Shown one piece after another: positions 23,770 to 35,900 of a DNA stretch of 64,000 bases. The stretch covers positions 7,068,001 through 7,132,000 of the forward strand of contig CM106586.1 in NCBI GenBank assembly GCA_048013815.1. Reading direction: 5' to 3'. The notes below the pieces were generated by a model. The model was not told the origin of the DNA. It was given only the letters and a program-made list of their open reading frames with translations, and searched no databases. Position 1 is the first letter of the stretch. Every line of letters starts with the position of its first letter. This DNA is from Setoptus koraiensis (lineage: Eukaryota; Animalia; Arthropoda). The position numbers were made by a program, and so were the translations under genes.

Positions 23770-26700
23770 TCAGTAATTTGTTTCTTGTTCCACCCAACCG
23801 CCTGGATGTTTCCTAATCAAATATTTCCTTGTTTCATCATAACACATAATCATCACTGCAAATGGTAGTGGGGGCAACCACCAGTTGAATCTGCATAAGC
23901 AAGGAGATGAGGGGTATAGATTGATTTTTATCAAGTTAATTGGCGATTGCATTCAAAATGATCAAAGTGAACAAATGGAGTGAATGGAGTTGATGTTTGA
24001 AAACTCACTTTATGGGGTACATGTTCAACGCGGTGTCCATGCCGGGGCAATAGCTGAGGAAGGCGGCCAGGGCCGTCTCGAAAACCAGGGCAAAGTTCAT
24101 AACTTGATTAGTCATGCCTTGTTGCAATATTGAATTTGTTCTAGTTTTGCTGACTATTAGCTCGGCCCATTGAACAACAACAACAGATATGAAGAACGCC
24201 GTCTGGCATGTATATTCTAGCTTTTTTCGTTGTATATAAGTCCACTCTTGACCATAGGAATCCTTAAAATCGTTGACCGCCTTAGATTCCCACGATTCTC
24301 TAATGCCTATTAGATCGCCCAAAAAGAAGCCATTTTCGCACATGATAATAGTATAAGTAAAGAATCCGGCCGACGCTTGCATCATGCCTGTTTGACCGTA
24401 ACTGAGCGACAATAGTCGCTGATTGACAAGTCGATCATTGACGGGATCTCTGGGCTTTCTTTTCATGATGTCGCTTTCGGGATGCTCGTAGGCTAATGAA
24501 ATGGCTGGCACCATGTCTGTGCCCAAATCGATCCACAATATTGTGACCGTGCCCAGCGCCAATGGTATACCAAATGCTATAAATGCTAAAAATGGTGTTA
24601 TTTCTGGTATGTTGCTCGTCAATGTGTAAGCAATTGATTTTTTGAGATTGTCAAAAATGAGCCGGCCCTCTTCGACGCCAATCACAATAGAGGCAAAATT
24701 GTCGTCCAATAATATCAAATCGGCCGCTTGTTTACTAACATCACTACCCGATATGCCCATGGCAATACCAATGTCGGCCTTTTTCAGGGCAGGCGAATCG
24801 TTGACACCGTCGCCCGTGACCGCAACCACGGCGCCGGCCCGCTGACAGCCCTCAACAATGATGAGCTTCTGTTGTGGCGAGGTGCGCGCAAACACAATTT
24901 CCGGATGTGTCGCCAATATTATGTCCAATTGTTCACTAGACATATCCCTCAGCTCTTGGCCGTGTATAACGGCCGCTTTGGCCTCGCTAGGGTCCACCTC
25001 CTCGATGGGTTTGTTCAGCCTGCTGGCAATGTCCTCCACTGTTTCGGTGCCCTCCGATATAATGCCCACAGATTTGGCAATGGCCTTTGCGGTAATGGGA
25101 TGATCGCCTGTCACCATTATTACCTTTATGCCTGCGGAGCGACATTTTGCCACCGCGTCGGGCACCGCCGCCCTGGGCGGGTCAATCATGCTTATTAGGC
25201 CAATAAAGCGCATATTGTCCAATGGAAAATTTGGTTTAGGCTCGGAAACGAATGGGAAACCCTTTGGAAATTGTTCTGTTCTTAGTTCGCAATCACAAAA
25301 ACCAATGACACGCTCGCCTAAGCCGCCCAATTGCAAATAGGCCGCATTAAACAGATCCTTGCGCTCCTCGTCTAACGGCTCCTCAATGCCATTGACCAGA
25401 ATGGTGGAGCAACGCTCCAGAATGCGCTCCGGCGCGCCCTTCATACACACCAAATAGGAGTAGCTGTTGTTAATGCCGGAAGTGGGATCAATGTTGCCAT
25501 TTGTTGAGCCGTCGTTGTTGCTTGTGTTGTCGTGCACCGTTACATGGTATTTGTTTGTTGAATTGAATGGTATTTCGCATATCTTAGGATATTTGTGCCT
25601 GTAATCAGTTACATGACAAATGGTTAATTCCATACATTTCAGAATGGCGGATTCTGACGCGTCGCCGGAAGTGTCGCGTTTTAGCACGGGCAAATGCTCT
25701 TGGCCGGGTTTAAATTCGGCGCGCGAACACAAACAACAAATGCGCGCCAAACATTTCCACGTTTGGGCGCTACGATCATATTGGGTGCCCGATTGATCCT
25801 CGGTAGTGTCGGCCTCTATGATCTGATTGTCGAACCACATATGGGCCACAGTCATACGATTCTGGGTCAGTGTGCCCGTCTTGTCAGAGCAAATGGTCGA
25901 TGTGGACCCCAACGTCTCAACGGCCTCCAAATTTTTCACTAGACAATTTTTGGCCGCCATCCGTTTGGCCGTCAGCGTCAAACAAACGGTCACGGTGGCT
26001 ATGAGGCCCTCGGGCACATTGGCCACAATAATGCCAATGAGGAAGACAACTGCCTCTAACCAGAAATAGCCCAACAACAGTGCAATAATGAAGAATGTCG
26101 TGCCCAAAAAGCAGGCACCGCCAGTGATGATGTGAATAAAGTGCTGAATTTCTCTAGCTATGGGCGCCTCGCCCATCTCTAGGCCGGCGGCCAGGCCCGC
26201 AATGCGGCCCATAACGGTGCGGTCGCCCGTACAAATGACAATGCCCCGGCCCGTGCCCTCAACGCAATTTGTTGAGAAGAAGGCCAAATTTCTCGTCTCA
26301 AGCGGATTCTCGTTGGTCAGCTCGGTTGTTCTGATCTGTGGCTCGGCCTCGCCCGTCAACGACGAATTGTCCACCTTGAATTGGTGCGCCTCTATGACGC
26401 GCAAATCCGCCGGTATTCTGTCGCCGGCCTCCACCTCAACCAAATCGCCTATGACCACCTCCTCGGCGGGCACTGTGTCCGTTTCGCCGTCGCGAATCAC
26501 GCGCGCCTGTTGCGGCACCATCTTCTTGAACGACTCCATGATCTTGCTGGATTTACGCTCTTGAAAGTAGGCAAAACAACCCGTGACAAACACCACGACG
26601 GCCAACACAATGCCCAAATATAAATCATTTAGTTTTGCGTCCTCCGACGTAAATCTCTGTATGGAATAGGCAACAACGCACAATATCGCTCCGATCCACA

Positions 26701-26906
26701 ACAGCAGCGAGAAGCCACCGAATAGCTGTCCGGCAAACTTGACCCATTCCGAGGTCATTTTAGGCGGCGTCAACTGATTGGGTCCGTACTTAATTAACAA
26801 ATCGCGCGCCTGCACCTTGGTCAATCCGTTTTCCTTGTGTGTGTCGTATCTCGTGACCAGCTCCTCCAGCGGTATCAAGTGATCGTCCTGTGTTTGTTGT
26901 TGCATT

Positions 26907-26942
<36 letters not shown>

Positions 26943-27397
26943 ATCGTTATTATATTGTATCATGTATTATCATCAATATATTATATCATGCATTATCAGT
27001 GTGGTTGTGCGGCATGCAAATGACTAATGATTTGCGGGCCCATAATTGACCCGGCCATAATTGACGATGATGCATGAGCAGCTGCGTTAGAATAGCTGCA
27101 ACGGGCAGGTGAGAAATTGATTGATCGATTGGTACTCACAATTTCCACCTCTTGTTTGAGCTCGTTGATGTCCACCTCTTTCTTGTGGTTCTTGTGGTGG
27201 CCCGTCTGCACGCGCGCCACATTGGTGATATATGTGTCATTCGGACAGGGGAGAGAGAGAGCGTTGATTACTAATTATATTCGACTGATGATGTTTGCCT
27301 GATATTGATATTGCGGCGGTTCCAGTGGCACGCTGACGCAACGCCACTAGAAACGATGACTGAGGATACTTACGAGGCCCACTTCTCCTATGGTCAT
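23770..27397 (-). CDS. ATP1A: Na+/K+-transporting ATPase alpha subunit; exons about 27397-27374 (tentative), 27205-27140, 26887-24009, 23890-23770
   Basis: TGE, DKTGT, KGAPE, TGDGVND, PEGL, SYGQ motifs. GT-AG introns restore the frame (EVEI|DDHL; YPIK|FNWW). The first exon is inferred. Confidence 0.97.
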
Positions 27398-27659
27398 CGT
27401 GACGTGATTTTAGTGCCACCAACAACAAATTGCGTTGTGTCCGATACAATTGCTACTGACTGTCCCTTCTCCAACACCTAGAGAATGTCTGTGTGTGTGT
27501 GTGTGTGTGTGTATTTGGGCGAGTGAGAACAGCAGGTTTGCTGTTGTTGTTGTTGCTGCCTGATATTACACAATACACACGTTCACGAAATGCAAATGTG
27601 GCGTCGATGTGGTGATATATGGTTGATGTGGCGATGATGAGTGTGAGAGTGTATGGGTG

Positions 27660-27694
<35 letters not shown>

Positions 27695-28252
27695 TGTGAG
27701 TGCAAAATTTTGACTAGAGCATTGTGTATAGTTACGTGTGTGTGTGTGTGTGTGTGTGTGGTTTTGTTTGTATCGCGCGATGACCGATTGGCGTTCTTTT
27801 GCTGATGTTTGCAGCAGAGCGCCCCTATGTACTACTAATGCTGGGCCCTATGCTCCTTTGTTTGGTGACATATGTTGTTAGATGAAAAATATCGATAATC
27901 ATTAATAGATTGTGTGCTGCTGCTGGCGCTGTTATAATGTGGACACACTATGCAGAAATTGGTTGTTGTTATATTGTTGTTAATTCTGCAACCGACACAA
28001 AAGAGCACATCTATCTGCAAAAATTATCTATCTCTGGTCGTGGTCGTGGTTATTATTGTTGTCCAACTAGATAGACTAGTCAGCCAATGCAGGCCAATGC
28101 GCTGTTGTGTCTGGCCGTGTTTGTATCTGGTCTGTTTAGACGTATGTATATTTAGCCGACTGGCTGCTATGTATGTTGCATATAGCGGTATTCGCGACCC
28201 ACTGAGTGTGTGTGTGTGTGTGTGTGTTGGTGTGTGTGTGTGTGTGTGTGTT

Positions 28253-28318
<66 letters not shown>

Positions 28319-28420
28319 GGTGTGTCTATCCCTTTCTCTGTAAATCGGCCTGCGTACGTTGATTAATAACAGTAATGTAGTAGCAGCGGGGTGTGTTTGT
28401 TTGTGTTGTGTGTGTGTGTG
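26911..28420. repeat. Microsatellite cluster: (AT)n 26911-26938; (GT)n about 27487-27512, 27655-27693, 27737-27761; compound (GT)n 28206-28322 and 28405-28424
   Basis: Dinucleotide runs are directly visible. Confidence 0.95.
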
Positions 28421-31400
28421 TGTGTTGCTAGACTTGCTGCTGGGCTTAAGCCAGTAAAGTATGTTGGACTGTTGCAACGACGCCAGAGGTAGATAGAGGC
28501 AGCGAGAGAATGCGCGAGTTGTAGCCAGAGAGAGAGAGAGAGAGATTGGATATATTCGCGACTCAGTCAGTCAGTCAGCCAGCCAACGGCAACGGCAGCA
28601 GCAGTCTAGGCAGCCTAGGCAGCCTAGGCAGCGCATAGCGATTACCCGAGGAGAGTGTGTGCACTTTGCACGCCGCCTGTGCCTCTAGTCGTCGTCGTCA
28701 TATTGATCGCCGCAGTCACTGTCAAGCCAGCCAGCCAGCCAGCTCAACTCCTTATTCTTTTCTATTACTTGCACATTGGCTGGCAGCAGCACGATCTCAT
28801 TTGATACAACGGCATCATTGCCGTTGCATTAGCTGTGCTCTTAGTCGCATATAGCATAGTAATTTCCAGTTCCACTCGGCCCATTACATAATATATCCAG
28901 CTAGCGCTGCTCCAGCAAGCCAGCGCTCCGTTGCTCTCCGTAACTGGCACTGGCTCAAACGCTAGCTAGCGCTGGCTTCTGGCACTGGCACTGCCAGCCA
29001 GCCCGCACGCCCGCCCGCCAGCCTGTCAGCCAGCCCGCCAGAGGGGCCCTGTTAGCGGGCTGGCAGTGCCTATTCAAATGCAGCCTCTATGCGCCATCGC
29101 GTTTCGCCAGCGGCTTTGCAGCGGTGCAATAGGCATTATTGCGCCGCTCTCCGACGGCGGGCGGCCCGGCGGAGATGCGACTCTATGCCATTGGTTTGTA
29201 CATTTTGTTGCTAGCTTGCCCGTAACACACACATGGGGCGGAGTGGCGCACTCAATGCACTTATTGTGCACACTTATCCGCTTGCAGCAGCCAGTGCAGA
29301 GGATAAATGAAGGGCGAACGAAGTTTGTCGCTTTGGCGCATGATCCGCGGGCCCACTCCGGCGACGCTCGACAGCGGGCCCCAAAGAGCGCCCAGCGAGC
29401 GCCCCACTGGCGCCAGCAAATCTCGACCGCCGGAGCCGGGGCGGCCTGCCACTGAAGCCAGTCAATAGTTTGCTGGCGCTGCTGTAGCCATGGCCATGTA
29501 ATCCTGTCGCCAGGCCAGCCTGGCCCAGTGAGCCCAATCGCTCTGGCGGGCCCGATAATATGACAACAATAATATAACGGCAACGGGCCAACTCTGCTGT
29601 TCAATACACTCTGCTGATGCTGGGCCTCAATAAAAACGCGCCCACACATGTCTAATGTGGCGCCCGCTCGCTTCGGTAGCCCCCATTTATCCGCACATCA
29701 CATTTATCAGCTGGCGCTGGCCAGAATATAAGCTGGATAAGCATGAATAGCCCACGCAAATGGACACAGCGCGACCGTCATCATTATTGTTCGTGTCGTA
29801 TCATCATTGTTGTGCTGGCCTCATGCTTCGAAATGATTAATAAGTTTCAATAAGTTTTATTGGCACACGCAGTGTGCACTTGCACACGGTTGACAGTGAC
29901 ACACAGTTGCCAGCAACATGGTTGACAGTGGACAGTAGAAAGTGATTGTGATCGATAGTTCACTTTGCCGGACAATCCATAATCCTCATCGTCAGCTGGT
30001 CGGCCGCTAGCTCGCTAGACGTGCCACTCATGCTCTCTCTCTCTCTCTCCCTCTCTCGTGCCAGTTGAAGGCGCCAAATTACGAATTATGAATTTATTAT
30101 CATTGTTTATTGTTGTGTTGATTAAACGACACACGACGATGCCCGACTAGCCGACACGCCGCGTCGGGCCAGTTGGCCCGTTACGGGGCCGGCCGGCTGG
30201 CTGGACGGTTGGTTGGTTGGTCGGTTGTGCGCAACCAATTGTCTCGCGACGATCTGTCTCGCGTCGCCAGCCGGCTCGCCGACGGACAGGTGGACAGGTG
30301 AGCAGTTATCATGCGCGCCGTTCAGCGCCCAGTAACTTACTGAGGCCCCCCCGACAAACAGCGCCAGTGACAGCAAGTAGTGGCAGTGTCTTTTTATTGC
30401 ATGCATTTTCATGCAGTTTATTGTCGCGTTGTATGCAGCTTGCATTGTATTGCGGCCACCATATGATCTATCTATATTGTGGTCGATGTTGCTCGTGAAT
30501 AAGCACGAGTTGGGACAATTCGCGCGAGCTGGCACTCACAGTGCTTTATGAAGCAAAGAATAGATTGAGTGCGGTACCCCTTGCACGAGTGCGGCACCCA
30601 TTGTGTGGTGGGTTGTCTTGTGACAACTCATGCCCTCGCCCACCGTAATCAAAACACCCGGTTGTTATGTAATCAAACGTGTGTGTGTGTGTACTTACAT
30701 AACCACTCACATGTATTTGTTTGTTTTATTTTATGTGGTTGTGCACTGGCCTCATGTTGATGACGGCGCTGCTGGCGGCGCTGCTTGTGGTCATCTGGGC
30801 GAGGGGGGGGATATCTGGGCATATCTGAATAAAACTGGTCGTCATCTTTTTGTGTGTCACTGCCGGCCGGCCGGCCGGCCAGCCAGCCAGTCAGCTCACA
30901 TAAGTATCGACTCAGACAAAGCTTGGCACCAGCTTAAGACCAGCGACACACTATTAGATAGACTTGGCTAGAAGAAAAGGGAACTGCTTATGGCCTGTCC
31001 TATCGAGCGAGAGCTTTAGATTGGTAAATTTAATGTTTACAACTTGTCACTGTCAGTGTTTGAACAGTCACTATGACAGCGAGCTTGTTGTCGTTGTCGT
31101 CGTTGTCGTCGTCGTCGTCACCTAACAGCACAGCTACTCAAGTTGGCCCAACTATTTTGCTTTCACTCGCTCGCTACTATAACTGGCATCCATCTAATGA
31201 TTAAACAACAGACAGAGCCGGAGATAGAGGCAATTTCACATGACGATGATAATGACGCAAAGCGGTAAAGCTAAGCTAGTGTCTAACTAGTAGTAGTTTG
31301 TCTATTGTCCGCCAGTTGTGCACTTGTTACAAGTGCAGTGCCACAGTATTTATAGGCTTCGCTAGCACCCCAAACTTATAACTGCGGATATATGTGAATG

Positions 31401-31913
31401 GTAGTAAAGAAAGGGCGAATCCTTATAGTTGACAGGCAGCAGTTTCATCAGACAAAGGGTTGGCCAATGTATATATGACGAGAGACACACACACAAACAC
31501 ATTCGAGACACTTATGAATTATGCCTCGTTTAAAATGCTCAGACACACGCAGTTTCATCAAACGTTTGGGGTACAAACGATTTACAAGTAGGCCGATAAC
31601 ACTGTAGAGGACAAACAGAGAGCTTTTTTGTTGTTTGTTGTTAGCGCAATCTCACTATTGTTGCTGTCGGCTGTAGCTGAAGCCTCGTGCACTCCATCTA
31701 GATAACTAAGGGTGAACTAATTTTGAAACAGACAATGTGAAATCGCGCAAACCGTTTGACAATTGTGAGTCAAACGCAACATGTTGCAACGTGCATTTAT
31801 ATTTTTTACATTTTATTTATCTTATCCTACACGCGCCCTCATCGACATCCCTCAATACATTTACTAATCATCAAAATGCCTGTGAGCAAGGACCGTCATA
31901 ACTAGACAAAATA

Positions 31914-32483
31914 ATGCCAACAGGTACAGGATTATCTAAACTATTTCATGGTAACAGAGAGTTCAGCACTAACGAACAAAATAGCCACGACGAGAAAGAG
32001 AAATTAGAGGCCATGACGACTGATTCATCATTTGTCAATCGTTATACGATTGATTCGTCGAGCAAGTTCTATTTTGAAACATTGGAAGAAATTACTACAG
32101 TGATAGAAAATCTGGGATTGCCAACAATATTTCTCGGCTCAGAAGAATCAGACTGCCGACTGTGCCCCAGAGGTGAACCAGGCTCAACCAAGCACCTACA
32201 TGCCATAAAAAACAGGCTTACTATTGTCAATCCATACTACAGGCAGTTGGCAGATTTTGACGATAGATACTACATGGAAAATGTGGCAAGTGAAGCTCGG
32301 AGCATTCAAAATGAGTTGGACGCTCTGCTAGAGGACGAGAATGAGGTTTCCGATGATTCCATAGATGAACAACACTTCATACAATGTTGCAGATTGAAAT
32401 GTCGCCTTGAGGACCTACAACTAGAGCTCTTTAGATTAGAAGATCCATATTTAAGAATGTTTGCAAGAAGAGATCTATTATAA
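31914..32483 (+). CDS. Hypothetical protein, 189 aa
   Basis: Clean ORF with a good ATG context, followed by AATAAA at about 32491. CxxC...H.H patch and an acidic coiled-coil-like C-terminus. Confidence 0.75.
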   Translation: MPTGTGLSKLFHGNREFSTNEQNSHDEKEKLEAMTTDSSFVNRYTIDSSSKFYFETLEEITTVIENLGLPTIFLGSEESDCRLCPRGEPGSTKHLHAIKNRLTIVNPYYRQLADFDDRYYMENVASEARSIQNELDALLEDENEVSDDSIDEQHFIQCCRLKCRLEDLQLELFRLEDPYLRMFARRDLL

Positions 32484-32967
32484 CTCGCTCAATAAATATT
32501 TTTTTTTATCCTGTTACTACTCACAGTACTGTAATTAACTAATTTATTATCTTGGTCACACCCGAGCCAAACCTCCTCATTCCGCCATCCGAATAAATTC
32601 ATAGCAATGTGTACCGTTGTAATGCAGAATGAAGACCTACCCCTCCGGTCTCCCCCATTTCGAGCTGAGGCCTCCCGGGTTGGGTCTTTCCACGGGTGAG
32701 AAGGAAATGAATTGGTGGATGCAATGATACAGACGTAGTCTGGATATCAATTGAATGACTTGGATTCAGATTGAATGAGAGTTTTCAGTCTCCATTAGTC
32801 CCCCATCACTCCGATCACTGACGCGCTGCGCCCTTTTAAATAAGGCGCGCGTTTGCGTCGCGGGGCCCCAAAAATGATTGACCCAATCTCTTTTCTTGGT
32901 GCAATATGATATTTTATTTTTCTGGTTCAAGTTGAGTAAACACACTTATTATTTATCAGAACTAATC

Positions 32968-35900
32968 ATGGGTATCTTAAAAGCGCTCACTGTGTCAAAA
33001 CGTGAATCCAATGGAACGTATTCCGTATTATTGCAGAGGATACCCAGCACGAACCAACCTAGCCTTCTATTTGAGGCTGGAGCTATAGCACCATTAGACA
33101 GCGAAGAAACTGCCCAGATCAGAAAAGGGAATACATTCACCAAGATACTAGATGGCTACATGTGCTTGGGTGCACTCCAATTAACACACGGAGATTCTAA
33201 AAAGGATATTCTTTTTTTGGTTTTAGTTACTGGCTGTGTATCTGTTGGTAAAATTCAACATTCTGAAGTGTTCAGGATTACTGAAACAGAATTCATACCT
33301 CTTAGAAACCACTTGGGAGATTTGCACCTCGTTCAAGATGTAAAAAAATTACTCAATTCTAGTGCTTTTTACTTTTCATGCACATCCAACAAAACTTTAC
33401 CGCCGCTTGATTTAACGCTTCCTGCACAAAGAACCCATTTTACAAGCAATACAGACAACAGATTCTTTTGGAATAGAGCTTTGTACAAGCATTTTGAACG
33501 CTACAATATCGACACAAGTCAATGGCTGATCAAGGTTCTCTGTGGCGGTATCAATATATCCACAGTATACATCGGGGGTCAGCAGGCACGAGCTGCCATC
33601 ATATCTCGGCTAAGCAGCGAACGGGCCGGAACCAGATTCAATGTCCGAGGTGTCAACGACTATGGTCATGTGGCAAATTTTGTCGAAAATGAACAAGTAG
33701 TGTTTGTTGGAAACATTATACTATCGTATGTCACAATAAGAGGATCCATACCATTGTTTTGGGAGCAACCTGGATGGCAAGTGGGCTCGCATAGAATAAG
33801 GATGTCCCGTGGAAGCGAGATATCTCAGCCAGCTTATGATAAGCACATGTTATCTCTTAAGGAGAGATACACCAATGTTGTTATAGTCAATTTGTTAAGC
33901 TTGAAAGATAGTGAAATTGTTATCAATCAATTGTTTAACGCACACCACAAGAAGTCTATTATTGGTCAGGATTTTCCATTTATTAATTTCGATTATCATG
34001 CTATGTGTCCGCGTGGACAAAAAGACAATCTAGAGAAATTGTACGCCAATCATCTAGACAGTGTTACCCAAGAGCAAAGCTTTTTTTACATGTCAAACGG
34101 ACAGGTCAAGTCAACACAGAAGGGAGTTTTCAGAGTAAATTGTCTTGATTGCTTGGATCGTACTAATTCGCTCCAGACTTTCATTGGATTGAAAGTACTG
34201 GCCCAAATGGTTGAGATGCTGGAGAGAGATGATTCCAGTAAAATATTGCCACGTTTCAAAGACGTATTTGAAAGCGCATGGGTACAGAATGGTGATCAGA
34301 TCAGTCGTATCTACGCTGGTACCGGAGCTTTGGAGGGCAAGTCCATATTCAAGGACGGAACATTGTCAGTAGCGAGGACTATCCAAAACAATTTTCTTGA
34401 TGGTAGTAAGCAATGCGCGATCGACGTCTTAATAGGAAAACCTTTAAATAGAGATTATGAATACCGCTCTAGCTCTCTTCTTCCAAGTAATTTACTATTG
34501 GCCCCACCCTGCATACTAGAGTCCATGTGCGATCGATATCTCGATTATAGTTATCCAGATAGGATCAAGATTTCGGTGGCCACGTGGAATGTCAACGGCG
34601 GTAAACATTTCGACAACATCACATACAGTAGAGCCAGACCTTTATCAGATTGGTTGGTTGATTATAAATCTTGCACAGGTGTACCAGAGGACAGTGAGCC
34701 TGTCGATATTTATGCTATAGGATTCCAGGAGATAGTCGACTTGAATGCCTCAAACATAGTGGCTGCTCGGGGTGAAAATCAACGAGATTGGTTGCGCGAA
34801 ATAAGGAAGACCATCTCTAAAAATGATCATCAGTACTTATTGGTCTCATCTGTGCAATTAGTGGGCGTATGCTTATTCATATTCGTTCGGGCTCCTGTGG
34901 CATCATTTGTCAAAGATGTGGCTACAGATCAAGTGAAAACAGGACTAGGCGGTGCTACAGGAAATAAGGGCGCAGTTGCTATAAGATTGAGGTTTAAATC
35001 TACCTCGATATGTTTTATTTGCGCTCATTTTGCTGCTGGTCAGCATCAAATGAAGGAACGTAATGACAACTATGTGGAAATAACTCGCCAGTTACATTTC
35101 CCAGGTGGTAGATCGATAAATTCTCATGATTACATCTTTTGGTGTGGGGATTTCAATTATCGCTTAGACAAAATAACAAATGAAGATGCTCGTCGTGCCA
35201 TTTGGAAGTCAGATATAGATAATCTTTTGGAGCACGATCAACTCAAGATTTCACAGAAAGAAGGTCACACATTCGTAGACTTTGTCGAGGGAGAGATTAA
35301 GTTTGCGCCTACATACAAATACGACACAAACAGTACTGAATATGATTCCAGTGAAAAACTTCGCATTCCCGCTTGGACAGATAGAGTACTATTCAGAAAA
35401 CGCTATGCAACTCGCCATAATGAGTCATTAACTGACCCAAAACAAATCACGTTCTACAACAGGATAGAACTACTATCATCGGATCATAGACCTGTAATAT
35501 GCGAGTTCGAAATAGAGGTTTTGAACGTCGATAAGAAGAAGCGAAATGATGTATTCGAAAGTGTTTTGGAAGAATGTGGTCCGCCCGATTCGACTATACT
35601 AGTCTATGCGAGTGAATCTAACGATAGTTCTGAGCGTGTAGATATTAACCAAGATCAAATGATCGGAACGATATCGAAATTCTTCGAGGGGGAAGCTGGC
35701 GAGATTGTTCTTGTTAGGTCCGTTGAGGACAAACTGAGAATAACGTTCAAAGATGGAACAATTGCATTGAAGGCGTTCAAGTTGAACGGATCTAAATTAA
35801 ATGAATTAAATCTAGTTCTGCATGTACAACTGGCCAATAACGACTGGACCAATGTTATAAAGAATGAGCTTTCTCTGGGAGTGAATAATACGGTAAATCT

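Noticed and set aside
24642-26623. Many long plus-strand ORFs over the Na+/K+-ATPase
   Set aside because: Antisense shadows of a GC-rich CDS with no independent motifs.
27950-28477. ORFs with VCVC / THTH repeats
   Set aside because: Translations of (GT)n microsatellites.
28608-28633. (GGCAGCCTA)3 short tandem repeat
   Set aside because: Ordinary slippage repeat within a simple-sequence-rich region.
29660-29690. GCTCGCTTCGG resembling the U6 snRNA 5' end
   Set aside because: The match ends after 11 nt and there is no ACAGAGA box.
28657-30971. Several 60-190 aa ORFs on both strands
   Set aside because: GC-rich noncoding DNA depleted in stop codons; no recognisable domains.
32740-32785. ATTCAGATT as RNase P/MRP CR-V
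   Set aside because: Imperfect consensus and no CR-I partner in the right position.
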